Assembly: GCA_031414595.1 (NCBI GenBank) | Contig: JANNVX010000113.1 | Coordinates: forward strand, 1-11,955 | Direction: 5' to 3' | Source of the DNA: Deinococcales bacterium | GTDB lineage: Bacteria; Deinococcota; Deinococci; Deinococcales; JAAFIG01 | DNA length: 11,955 nucleotides | Shown here: positions 1 through 7,553 of the stretch, one piece after another | Position numbering within the stretch: position 1 is the first letter of the stretch | Layout of the letters: each line of letters begins with the position of its first letter | Translations under genes and position numbers: made by a program | Notes under the pieces: generated by a model | What the model was told of the DNA's origin: nothing | What the model saw: the letters and a program-made list of their open reading frames with translations, nothing else | The model's database searches: none

Positions 1-81
1 GTCACAGGGCGGACACGGGGGTCCGCCCCTACCTGACGTATTTTTATGGATTTTGTAGGGACAGACCCCTGTGTCTGTCCT
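1..81. repeat. 81-bp terminal direct repeat (copy 1) containing an inverted doublet of GTAG-type REP hairpins
   Basis: Identical to 11875-11955. REP-A on - strand (7-32): GTAG-GGGCGGAC-ccccgt-GTCCGCCC. REP-B on + strand (55-80): GTAG-GGACAGAC-ccctgt-GTCTGTCC. The two are separated by a 22-nt AT-rich spacer. Confidence 0.92.
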
Positions 82-140
82 GCTAGGAAACAATGTTTCA
101 TCATTTCCAAATAGGGAAGTTATTTACGGACAAATCCTAA
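1..140. mobile_element. Right part of a putative MITE (REP doublet + right TIR 115-137 + TAA 138-140)
   Basis: The reverse complement of 115-137 (GGATTTGTCCGTAAATAACTTCC) matches 11821-11843 (GGAACTGTCCAAGAATAACTTCC) at 18/23 positions. Both are bounded externally by TAA. Confidence 0.65.
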
Positions 141-231
141 GATAAATTATTTTGTCAAGTTAAAAATATACAAATTAAATACTTACTCGAGTGTACCCAC
201 ACAAACCACGCACCAAGGCTCGAGCAACAGC

Positions 232-271
232 AAAATAAAAAACTCGAGCCTCCTTTTTTGGAGGCTCGAGT
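232..271 (-). terminator. Intrinsic terminator of the lipoprotein gene
   Basis: Perfect 12-bp stem ACTCGAGCCTCC (242-253) / GGAGGCTCGAGT (260-271) with a 6-nt loop, followed on the - strand by a T-rich tract. It lies about 27 bp past the stop at 298. Confidence 0.85.
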
Positions 272-297
272 GAAATCAACAAAACTAAACAGTAGCT

Positions 298-1875
298 TTA
301 GTTACTTTGGAAAGTACGAGCTTCTGATTCACCCTGGATAATTTCAGCATTGCGCGGTGCGCCAAAGATGTCGACTGCACCGCTTGGGTCAAGCAAAGCA
401 TCGGTGGTCGTACCCTTAAAGCCAATCACATTCCAACCAAATGGACTGGCGGCTGGGAATGTGCCAAGACCCAAGTCCGAGGTACTAGGGATGGTGGTGT
501 TATTGGCTGTAGTAAAGATAATAATCTGTTTTGTTCCTGATTGGAAAACGGCGACGTGCATACCTCCTGAAAATGCACCCCAATTAAATCCTTGGGTGGC
601 AAGATTAACACCAGTGGCAACATTATTTGGCGAACCAAGGGCTGGGGCTAAGGGCAGGGTAATGGTGGTGCTGTCATTTGCGCCCACACCAACTCTGGAA
701 GCAATAGATTTACGTCCTGCACTATCGGTTGCCTCTGCTTGTACCATCATGGTTGTGGTCGCAATAATTGGGGTATTCAAGGCTGGGGCAATGCTGGTTA
801 ATCCAGAATCACCAAAGCTGGCATTTTGTGAACCCAGACTCATCACACCACCATCTGTGTAAACCAAGCCTTGGCTCAATTTGGTCAGGTTATAAGTGAC
901 GTTAGGCTTATTGATGGTTGTGGTCATTAGCCCTGAAGTAAGGGTATTGAGATTGATGTCTTGATTACCGGTTGTGCCAGCATCGGCGACTGTAACACTA
1001 GGACGCTCTCCGTGACCAATAAAAATAGGGGTAGTTGCTCCACCGGGTAAACCAGTAGCTGGATTAGTCCTCCATTGCATACCACGCAATGCGCCAGTGG
1101 CTGCATTGCCTGTACAAAACCCAACCGAACGGCTAAACGGATTATTGGCAACACTGCCTTCGGAGAATCCGTTAGCCGCACTAGATGCAAAAGCGACTCT
1201 GGTTCTGCGGTCAGCAGGGGTAGGAAGTGTTAAAACAGTTCCACCAGCATTCAAATTACCAGTGATTGTACCGGACTTGGTTAGCACCACACTGTCAAAG
1301 AAAGAAGGAACACGAACTGTTGTACGGGTCAAGTTCTTATAGACCAAAACAATCGTAGTGCCTCCCGAGGAGAAATTAACCGCCAAGGTATACGGTGTGG
1401 TCAAATTGGTAAAAGCAAATTGTCCGTTAGATCCTGTGGTTGTAGATTGCAAGAGACTGGTTGCGGTTGGTAGGGCAATCACATTGACATTTGGCGCTGG
1501 ATTACCGCAGCTGTCCACAGCCGTTCCGCTCACCCCAATTGTGGCGGGTGGATTGACTGTAATTGCAGCCGTGGCGGTTAATGTTCCAGAAGATGCCGTC
1601 AAAGTGACATTGGTGCTGTTGGCAATGGTGGCTGGCGGGGTGTAACTGACGGTTGTTCCAGTGGTGGCTGATAATGTACCAACACTAGGGTTAATTGCCC
1701 AGTTAATTGTGCCGGTGGCATTGGTCAGCGTCGCAGTAAACGGAACGGCTGCGCCACCAACAACAACCGTACTGGTTGTCGGTGAAACCGAGAGTGTTGC
1801 GGCTGGTGGGGGTGGGCAAGCTGTTAGAACAGCCACCAAGCCTGTTGCCAATAACCCTAAAATCTTACTTTTCAT
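298..1875 (-). CDS. Surface lipoprotein, Thr/Gly/Ala-rich, with an N-terminal Ig-like domain and a carboxypeptidase-regulatory-like beta-sandwich (525 aa)
   Basis: Signal peptide with lipobox LTA-C20 followed by PPPP. Ig-like pattern (LSVSP..V..G..V.FTA......W......GTLS.....YTPP), then 'VSGTAVD..GNP.PNV.V ... TTGSNGQFAFTNL..PYTL'. SD AGGAGG at 1881-1886, 5 nt from the ATG. Downstream terminator present. Domain names come from pattern recognition only. Confidence 0.85.
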   Translation of the reverse strand: MKSKILGLLATGLVAVLTACPPPPAATLSVSPTTSTVVVGGAAVPFTATLTNATGTINWAINPSVGTLSATTGTTVSYTPPATIANSTNVTLTASSGTLTATAAITVNPPATIGVSGTAVDSCGNPAPNVNVIALPTATSLLQSTTTGSNGQFAFTNLTTPYTLAVNFSSGGTTIVLVYKNLTRTTVRVPSFFDSVVLTKSGTITGNLNAGGTVLTLPTPADRRTRVAFASSAANGFSEGSVANNPFSRSVGFCTGNAATGALRGMQWRTNPATGLPGGATTPIFIGHGERPSVTVADAGTTGNQDINLNTLTSGLMTTTINKPNVTYNLTKLSQGLVYTDGGVMSLGSQNASFGDSGLTSIAPALNTPIIATTTMMVQAEATDSAGRKSIASRVGVGANDSTTITLPLAPALGSPNNVATGVNLATQGFNWGAFSGGMHVAVFQSGTKQIIIFTTANNTTIPSTSDLGLGTFPAASPFGWNVIGFKGTTTDALLDPSGAVDIFGAPRNAEIIQGESEARTFQSN

Positions 1876-2014
1876 GAACGCCTCCTAATAGTGTCCCTGA
1901 GAAAACTTACAAATAACTTACAAGCCAAGACAACACTTCCTGCCTCGAGATTAGTATACATGGCTTTTCAAAATTTGCGACATAAAACAATTAACAGCCG
2001 TTTACCACAATTCA

Positions 2015-2043
2015 AACCGAGTACAAGAAAAATAAACTCGGTT
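2015..2043. promoter_or_regulatory. Candidate operator (8-bp inverted repeat) in the divergent promoter region
   Basis: AACCGAGT (2015-2022) - N13 - ACTCGGTT (2036-2043) in the AT-rich 1876-2180 intergenic region. Confidence 0.35.
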
Positions 2044-2180
2044 CAAAGTTACTCATCTAATGTGATATTTCTCATGTTCAAAAATCACACCGATTCATAA
2101 AAGAATATTTTTACCCTAATCTCGAGCATTATTTACTTTCGCCTCTAGCAACTACGCACGCAAAAGTAAACAATGCAGGT

Positions 2181-3092
2181 GTGGAACTCACCTTCTCGAG
2201 CCTAGCCAGTGCCATCAGTTGGTTATTTGTGCTGCTAACTTACCAACAATTCCGTGAACGAGGCAAAATCCATCAGTTACTTTGGACACTCGGCATTGCC
2301 AGTTTTGCCGTGGCGGTCACAGCCGATACGGTGGCTCGAGCGCAGGGCGGTTGGCAGGAAAACGGCTACCGAATCTGGTACTTTTTTGGGGCAATGCACG
2401 GGGTAACGCTGCTTGGGCATGGCACGTTAATGCTACTCAATAAACAACCTTGGACACAGCGTCTGCTCGAGGTGATTGTAGCCATGATGATTGTCAGTGC
2501 CGTGATTGTGCTGAATGCCCCGATAAACTTTAGTCTGCTCGAGACTCCTTTTGAACCTAAAGGCACAGCTTTTCCGGACATTAGTCAAATGGGTTTTGCG
2601 ACACCGCGTTTCTGGACTATTCCTTTTAATTTATACGGCACATTCTGGCTGGTCGGCGGCGCACTCTACTCGAGCCTGACGCTCTGGCGTTCGCACCGTC
2701 CGAGGGCAATTGGCACGCTGCTGATTGCCTTAGCTGGGTTTGTACTAGCCACTGTCTCAAGCCTCAACCGTTTTGGAATTGATTACCTAGAAGCCATCGG
2801 ACGGATGGTTGGCGTAACAATTTTGTTTATTGGGTTTTTATTTACCACCCTAGAACCGAGTGCTTTACCAAAAGTTAATTTGCCAAAAATCCCGCCGCTT
2901 GTATTGGCGGCTATTTCTGGCTGGGGACTGGCTTTAGCGGCTTTTTTTCAACTCGAGCCAGCCGCTTGGAAAGCCCTGATTGATTACCCCGGACTGTTTT
3001 TAATTGCGGGTATTATTCTGGGGATGTTCTGGTTAGTCTTACAAAAAGCCCTCAGCCGTGCCAAAACCTTTACCGAATCGAACAAATCATGA
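2181..3092 (+). CDS. Uncharacterised polytopic membrane protein (about 7+2 TM segments, 303 aa)
   Basis: Long ORF of hydrophobic segments. GTG start with AACAAT (-10-like, one mismatch) 6 nt upstream and no clear SD. Stop overlaps the MFS start (ATGA, 3089-3092). Confidence 0.8.
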   Translation: MELTFSSLASAISWLFVLLTYQQFRERGKIHQLLWTLGIASFAVAVTADTVARAQGGWQENGYRIWYFFGAMHGVTLLGHGTLMLLNKQPWTQRLLEVIVAMMIVSAVIVLNAPINFSLLETPFEPKGTAFPDISQMGFATPRFWTIPFNLYGTFWLVGGALYSSLTLWRSHRPRAIGTLLIALAGFVLATVSSLNRFGIDYLEAIGRMVGVTILFIGFLFTTLEPSALPKVNLPKIPPLVLAAISGWGLALAAFFQLEPAAWKALIDYPGLFLIAGIILGMFWLVLQKALSRAKTFTESNKS

Positions 3093-4291
3093 ATTGGCAG
3101 GTTTGGCTGGGCTTACCCAAAGACACCGAGCGCCGACTGGGTTTACTAACCCTGATGGGCAGCACCTTTTTTATGTGGGCGGGGTTTTTTGTGGTCATTC
3201 CACTGCTCAGTCTGCATTTTGTCAATGGTTTAGCTTGGAGTGCCGCATCTATCGGTATTATTCTTGGGGTTCGCACCGTTGTCCAACAAGGTTTGGGCGT
3301 GGTCAGTGGGGTCTTGTCTGATAAATTGGGCGCTCGAGGGTTAATCGTGGCGGGTTTACTGATTCGCTCGATAGGTTTTGCTGGACTTGCCTTGGTCTCG
3401 GATTTTTGGAGTTTACTGCTGGTGATTGTCTTCTCGAGCATCGGCGGGGCAATGTTTGATGCACCTAAAAATGCGGCAATAGCAGTGTTATCTGACCCTG
3501 AGACTCGCCCTAGGGTTTACGCGGTTTTTGGGATGATTGGCAACCTTGGCATGGCGCTTGGGTCTTTGTTGGGGGTGCTACTCTTAAAAATTAGTTTTGA
3601 AATCGCGGCGCTGCTGTCTGGAGCAATGTATTTTTTAACGTTTTTGGTCAATATACGGTACCTGCCGAACCTGAAAATCTCGAGCAGTCAAAATAATGCG
3701 CTAAGTGGACTCGGCTTGGTGCTGCGTGACAAACGTTTTGTTTGGTTTACTTTTTTACTGGCTGGAATGTATTTAATGTGGTCACAATTTTCCTTGGCTT
3801 TAACGCTCGAGGCAACCCGCTTAGCTGGCACACCCAACGCGGTGGCATGGCTTTTTCTGGTCAATACAGGTGTTGCCATTGGCTTGCAGTACAGCCTGAC
3901 CGAAATTTCTAACCGTTACCTCTCCCCTGTTCAGAGCCTGATGCTTGGAGTGCTGATTATGGCTTTTGCTTTGTACGGCGTGGCTTTCTCGCCCAGTATT
4001 TTGTGGTTACTGATTTGCGTCGCCATTTTTTCGATAGGCTCGAGTTTAGCCAGCGCACCGCAACAAGAAATTACAGCAAGACTAGCCAAACCCGAAGCTC
4101 GAGGGGCATATTTTGGTTTTAGTGCCTTGGCTTTTGCCCTTGGCGGAGGCGTTGGCAATGCCCTTGGCGGCTGGTTACACGACTTTGGGACACAAATTGG
4201 CTGGCTTGGTTTACCTTGGGTTGTGATTGCCTCGAGTGGTTTACTGACCGCCCTAGGATTATGGTCTTTTGAACAAAAAAGCTCAGTCTGA
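3089..4291 (+). CDS. MFS transporter (DHA1/MdtH-like putative efflux permease, 400 aa)
   Basis: MFS motif A 'GVLSDKLGARGLI'; 'PETRPRVYA' and 'PEARGAYFG' loop motifs; about 12 hydrophobic segments. Confidence 0.92.
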   Translation: MNWQVWLGLPKDTERRLGLLTLMGSTFFMWAGFFVVIPLLSLHFVNGLAWSAASIGIILGVRTVVQQGLGVVSGVLSDKLGARGLIVAGLLIRSIGFAGLALVSDFWSLLLVIVFSSIGGAMFDAPKNAAIAVLSDPETRPRVYAVFGMIGNLGMALGSLLGVLLLKISFEIAALLSGAMYFLTFLVNIRYLPNLKISSSQNNALSGLGLVLRDKRFVWFTFLLAGMYLMWSQFSLALTLEATRLAGTPNAVAWLFLVNTGVAIGLQYSLTEISNRYLSPVQSLMLGVLIMAFALYGVAFSPSILWLLICVAIFSIGSSLASAPQQEITARLAKPEARGAYFGFSALAFALGGGVGNALGGWLHDFGTQIGWLGLPWVVIASSGLLTALGLWSFEQKSSV

Positions 4292-4315
4292 AGCGAATAA
4301 AGCTCAGTTTGAAGC
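4278..4315. repeat. 17-bp imperfect direct repeat at the convergent MFS/tctA junction
   Basis: AAAGCTCAGTCTGAAGC (4278-4294) and AAAGCTCAGTTTGAAGC (4299-4315): one mismatch, 21-bp period. Confidence 0.75.
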
Positions 4316-5803
4316 CACTTGTTTTCTCGAGCGCCAAAGACGCAAAAGCGGCGGCACAACCAAAGCCAGAACCGCAATGGTCAAAATCACAGCACTGATT
4401 GGACGGGTTAAAAAAACCGTGGCATCGCCCTGAGAAATACCCATGGCTCGGCGAAATTGTTCTTCGGCTTTAGGTCCTAGAATCATGCCAACAATGGCTG
4501 GGGCGATTGGAATATCAAAACGGCGCATGAAATAACCAAGAATGCCAATGATACCCAAGAGCGCCAAATCAAAAACGCTGTTGTTTAAGCTGTACACCCC
4601 AATACTGGCAAAGACCAGAATCCCACCGTACAATAGCGGACGGGGAATCTCGAGCAAGCGCACCCAAACACCCGCAAGCGGCAAGTTGAGAATTAAAAGC
4701 AGCACATTGCCAATGTATAAACTGGCAATTAAGCCCCAGACCAAAGCACCATTGGTGGCAAAAAGCAAAGGACCTGGTTGAATCCCGTAACTCTGAAAAG
4801 CCGCCAACATAATCGCAGCAGTGGCACTGGTTGGCAGTCCAAGCGTCAAAAGCGGCACAAGCACCCCCGCAGCACTGGCATTGTTGGCGGCTTCGGGTCC
4901 TGCGACACCTTCGATAGCGCCGTGTCCAAATTCTTCGGGGTTCTTAGCGAGGCGTTTTTCTAAGGCATAGGATAAAAAAGTCGGGATTTCTGCGCCGCCA
5001 GCCGGTAGCACCCCAAAAGGAAAACCAAGGGCTGTGCCTCGCAACCACGGTTTCCATGACCGCGCCCAGTCCTCTTTGGTCATGCTGGCACGTTCACGAA
5101 GTTTAATGATGCTTTGCCCAGACTTAAATCTCGAGGCAACATAGAGCGTTTCGCCCACCGCAAATAAGCCGACCACCACAATCACCACTTCGATTCCATC
5201 AGATAACTCGGCAAAACCAAGGTCAAACCTCGATTGCCCCGTCAGCACATCCGTGCCAACCAAACCAAGCAGCACACCGATTAAAAGCGCAAAAATACCG
5301 CGCAGTGGGCTGCCACCAAGCACCGCGCTGACGGTAATAAAAGACAGTACCATGACTGCAAAATACTCGGCTGCACCAAAGGTTAGCGCCAGATTGACTG
5401 CCACAGGAGCAAAAAAAGTCAGTAGTACCGTGGCTATAGTCCCCGCCACAAAACTGCCTATCGCGGCGGTGGCAAGCGCGGCTGCCCCTCGTCCAGCCCT
5501 TGCCATTTTGTTACCCTCTAAACTGGTGATGATACTGGCACTTTCGCCGGGGGTATTGAGTAAAATACTGGTGGTGCTGCCGCCGTACATTGCCCCGTAA
5601 TAGATGCCAGCAAACATGATAAACGCCGAGACTGGCTCGACTTTAAAAGTCACAGGCAGCAGCAGCGCCACGGTCAGGGCGGGTCCAATTCCGGGCAGCA
5701 CACCGACCATTGTGCCTAAGAAAACGCCAATAAATCCAAACATCAAATTATTGGGGGTTAATGCCACAGAAAAACCAGACATCAGTGATTGAAAGGTATC
5801 CAT
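4304..5803 (-). CDS. tctA: Tripartite tricarboxylate transporter large permease TctA (499 aa)
   Basis: Signature motifs 'GVLPGIG', '[22 protein letters not shown]', '[11 protein letters not shown]', 'PLLTLGLP', 'GIQPGPLLF'. GGGAG SD upstream. Confidence 0.96.
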   Translation of the reverse strand: MDTFQSLMSGFSVALTPNNLMFGFIGVFLGTMVGVLPGIGPALTVALLLPVTFKVEPVSAFIMFAGIYYGAMYGGSTTSILLNTPGESASIITSLEGNKMARAGRGAAALATAAIGSFVAGTIATVLLTFFAPVAVNLALTFGAAEYFAVMVLSFITVSAVLGGSPLRGIFALLIGVLLGLVGTDVLTGQSRFDLGFAELSDGIEVVIVVVGLFAVGETLYVASRFKSGQSIIKLRERASMTKEDWARSWKPWLRGTALGFPFGVLPAGGAEIPTFLSYALEKRLAKNPEEFGHGAIEGVAGPEAANNASAAGVLVPLLTLGLPTSATAAIMLAAFQSYGIQPGPLLFATNGALVWGLIASLYIGNVLLLILNLPLAGVWVRLLEIPRPLLYGGILVFASIGVYSLNNSVFDLALLGIIGILGYFMRRFDIPIAPAIVGMILGPKAEEQFRRAMGISQGDATVFLTRPISAVILTIAVLALVVPPLLRLWRSRKQVASN

Positions 5804-5813
5804 ACATCTCCCA

Positions 5814-6317
5814 TTAAAACGGCAGCAGTCCAGCCGGTAATTGAATCCCTAGACCCCTGGTAAAGCCAAGGTAAGCGATAACCGAAACCACCGCACCAAT
5901 TAAAAAATCCATCCCAAAGGCTCGAGCGCGTTGGTTTGTGGGTAGGGGTCTAAAACCTTGGGCTGTGCCAGCAAACATCAGGCTCGAGGTGATGATAAAC
6001 CCCAACAAGTTAATAAACAGAATTTGGGTCAGTAAGCCACCAGCCACAAAAACAATGGCGAGATAATTGGTTGGGGCGTTTGGGTCTGCGTCTTCTTCGC
6101 CAGCCGGCTCGGCTTTTTCGCCACGCAATGCCCCGACCAAGAGCAGTAATCCCGCAACCAGTAAGCCAATTCCAATCATCCACGGAAAAATATTTGGTGG
6201 GACTTTAGCAAAGGTGCTGGTGCTACTCATGCCGTTTGCTTGAACCAAGACAAAAATACTCAGCAGTATGCCAGCAACCGCAAAAATAACATCAGCAGGA
6301 CTAACATTTCTCATCAT
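5814..6317 (-). CDS. tctB: Tripartite tricarboxylate transporter small permease TctB (167 aa; start may be the second ATG at 6314)
   Basis: Small multi-TM protein between tctC and tctA, with 'PP..FP', 'LGFIITS' and C-terminal 'F..GLGIQLP.G' typical of TctB. Confidence 0.92.
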   Translation of the reverse strand: MMRNVSPADVIFAVAGILLSIFVLVQANGMSSTSTFAKVPPNIFPWMIGIGLLVAGLLLLVGALRGEKAEPAGEEDADPNAPTNYLAIVFVAGGLLTQILFINLLGFIITSSLMFAGTAQGFRPLPTNQRARAFGMDFLIGAVVSVIAYLGFTRGLGIQLPAGLLPF

Positions 6318-6327
6318 GCCCCTTGTG

Positions 6328-6356
6328 AAAAAGGGCAGTGAATCACTGCCCTTTTT
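6328..6356 (-). terminator. Intra-operon hairpin (terminator or mRNA stabiliser) between tctC and tctB
   Basis: Perfect 13-bp inverted repeat AAAAAGGGCAGTG (6328-6340) - AAT - CACTGCCCTTTTT (6344-6356), with T-runs on both strands. Confidence 0.8.
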
Positions 6357-6362
6357 TTAGAA

Positions 6363-7322
6363 CTATTTTAGTAAACCAATGTCACGCAAAGTCTTGACGA
6401 TTTTTTCATCCTCGAGTTTCAAGAAGACCTCGAATTTAGAACCCGATTGATACAAATCAATCCAACCCTTTTGCTTCAAGACTTCTTTCCACTGGGTTGT
6501 AGCGCTCATTTTGTCCATCAAGCCAACCAATTCAAGACGGCGTGTTTCGGTGATGCCCGGAGGGGCAACAATGCCACGCCAATTGGCAATTTCAACACTG
6601 ATTTTTTGTTCCTTAAAGGTTGGTGCATTGACCCCAGCCACACGCTTAGGACTCGAGACACCCAATAAACGCAATTTACCCGCTTCGACTTGTGGTAAGA
6701 ACTCAGATAAACTCGAGACCCCTGCTGATACTTGATTACCTAGCAATGAAGCCAATGCCTCGCCGCCACCCGCATACGGCACATAATTGACTTTGCTCAT
6801 GTCCGTACCACTGGCTCGAGCCAATAAACCGACTGTAATATGGTCTGTTCCGCCAGCGCTGCCACCCGCGATTGGTGTTCCACCTGGATTGGCTTTCCAA
6901 GCCGCTAAGAACTCGGTCAAATTCTGGATTTTACTGCTGGCTGGCACGACCAAGGCTTGAAATTCGCCCGTCAAACGAGCAATCGGTGTGACCATATCAA
7001 GGTTAGCTTTAGATTTATTGGTCTGAATTGCCCCAACCATCACCAAGCCCATGACCATTAACTGGTTGCCATCGCCTTTGGCATTGACAAACTGCGCCAA
7101 ACCAACCGTGCCACCCGCCCCAGCCACATTAGAAACTTGCACCCCCGAAGCGAGCTTACTGCCCTCGAGAACACTTTGAATCGAACGAGCCGTCTGATCC
7201 CAACCACCACCAGGTGCAGCAGGAGCCATGATTTTAAGCCCACTAACCTGAGCCACACTCGAGACTCCAAAACCAGCCAAAACTGCGGCTAAACCAAGAC
7301 CGAACAACACACGTTTACGCAT
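6363..7322 (-). CDS. tctC: Tripartite tricarboxylate transporter substrate-binding protein TctC/Bug family (319 aa)
   Basis: '[14 protein letters not shown]', '[10 protein letters not shown]', '[10 protein letters not shown]', '[10 protein letters not shown]'. Start reassigned to ATG 7322 ([10 protein letters not shown]..., signal peptide) because SD GGAGG lies at 7328-7332 and the longer ORF would overlap the divergent kinase gene. Confidence 0.95.
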   Translation of the reverse strand: MRKRVLFGLGLAAVLAGFGVSSVAQVSGLKIMAPAAPGGGWDQTARSIQSVLEGSKLASGVQVSNVAGAGGTVGLAQFVNAKGDGNQLMVMGLVMVGAIQTNKSKANLDMVTPIARLTGEFQALVVPASSKIQNLTEFLAAWKANPGGTPIAGGSAGGTDHITVGLLARASGTDMSKVNYVPYAGGGEALASLLGNQVSAGVSSLSEFLPQVEAGKLRLLGVSSPKRVAGVNAPTFKEQKISVEIANWRGIVAPPGITETRRLELVGLMDKMSATTQWKEVLKQKGWIDLYQSGSKFEVFLKLEDEKIVKTLRDIGLLK

Positions 7323-7352
7323 AAATACCTCCAAGAAATTTTTGAATACGTC

Positions 7353-7381
7353 AGTGTACGCAACCAAAACCAGTTTGCCTA
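7353..7381 (-). promoter_or_regulatory. Putative sigma70-type promoter of tctCBA
   Basis: On the - strand: TAGGCA (7376-7381) - 17 nt - TACACT (7353-7358), leaving a short leader that contains the SD. Confidence 0.6.
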
Positions 7382-7482
7382 GTCTTTTGTTTACAGGTAT
7401 GAACAAAAGGCGAAGCGACCCAAGCCCGAAGGTGCTGCTGTAGGAGTCAAGACAGGCAAAAGGCGAAGGGCGAAAGACAAAA
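7382..7482. promoter_or_regulatory. Candidate response-regulator binding region
   Basis: Inverted repeat CTTTTGTT (7384-7391) / AACAAAAG (7402-7409) next to the -35, and direct repeat CAAAAGGCGAAG at 7404-7415 and 7457-7468 (53-bp period). Confidence 0.5.
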
Positions 7483-7538
7483 GAAGTTAGAATTTCTCGA
7501 GGAGATGATTTTTCGAGTTCATTTCTTGGTGCTTTCTT

Positions 7539-7547
7539 TGCTAACAT
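7539..7547 (+). promoter_or_regulatory. Extended -10 element (TGc-TAACAT); probable leaderless transcript of the sensor kinase
   Basis: TAACAT at 7542-7547, exactly 6 nt before GTG 7554, with no SD. Confidence 0.65.
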
Positions 7548-7553
7548 ACAAAG

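Noticed and set aside
1-81. CRISPR repeat or phage/plasmid terminal repeat interpretation
   Set aside because: There is no repeat-spacer array, no cas genes, and no phage or replication genes. The structure matches GTAG-REP hairpins.
350-1888. + strand ORFs (350-862, 1097-1342, 1358-1645, 1661-1888) and short alternative-frame ORFs within the lipoprotein gene
   Set aside because: Antisense or frame shadows of a well-supported CDS, with no recognisable motifs or translation signals.
2061-2076. CRP/FNR-like site TGTGA-N6-TCATG
   Set aside because: An 8/10 match in AT-rich DNA is too weak without comparative support.
1891-2100. 69-aa ORF in the divergent intergenic region
   Set aside because: No SD or correctly spaced -10, AT-rich promoter-like sequence, and no protein features.
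7345-7354. 10-bp match (CTGACGTATT on the - strand) to the REP spacer at 33-42
   Set aside because: A single 10-mer match is expected by chance in 12 kb, and there is no flanking similarity.
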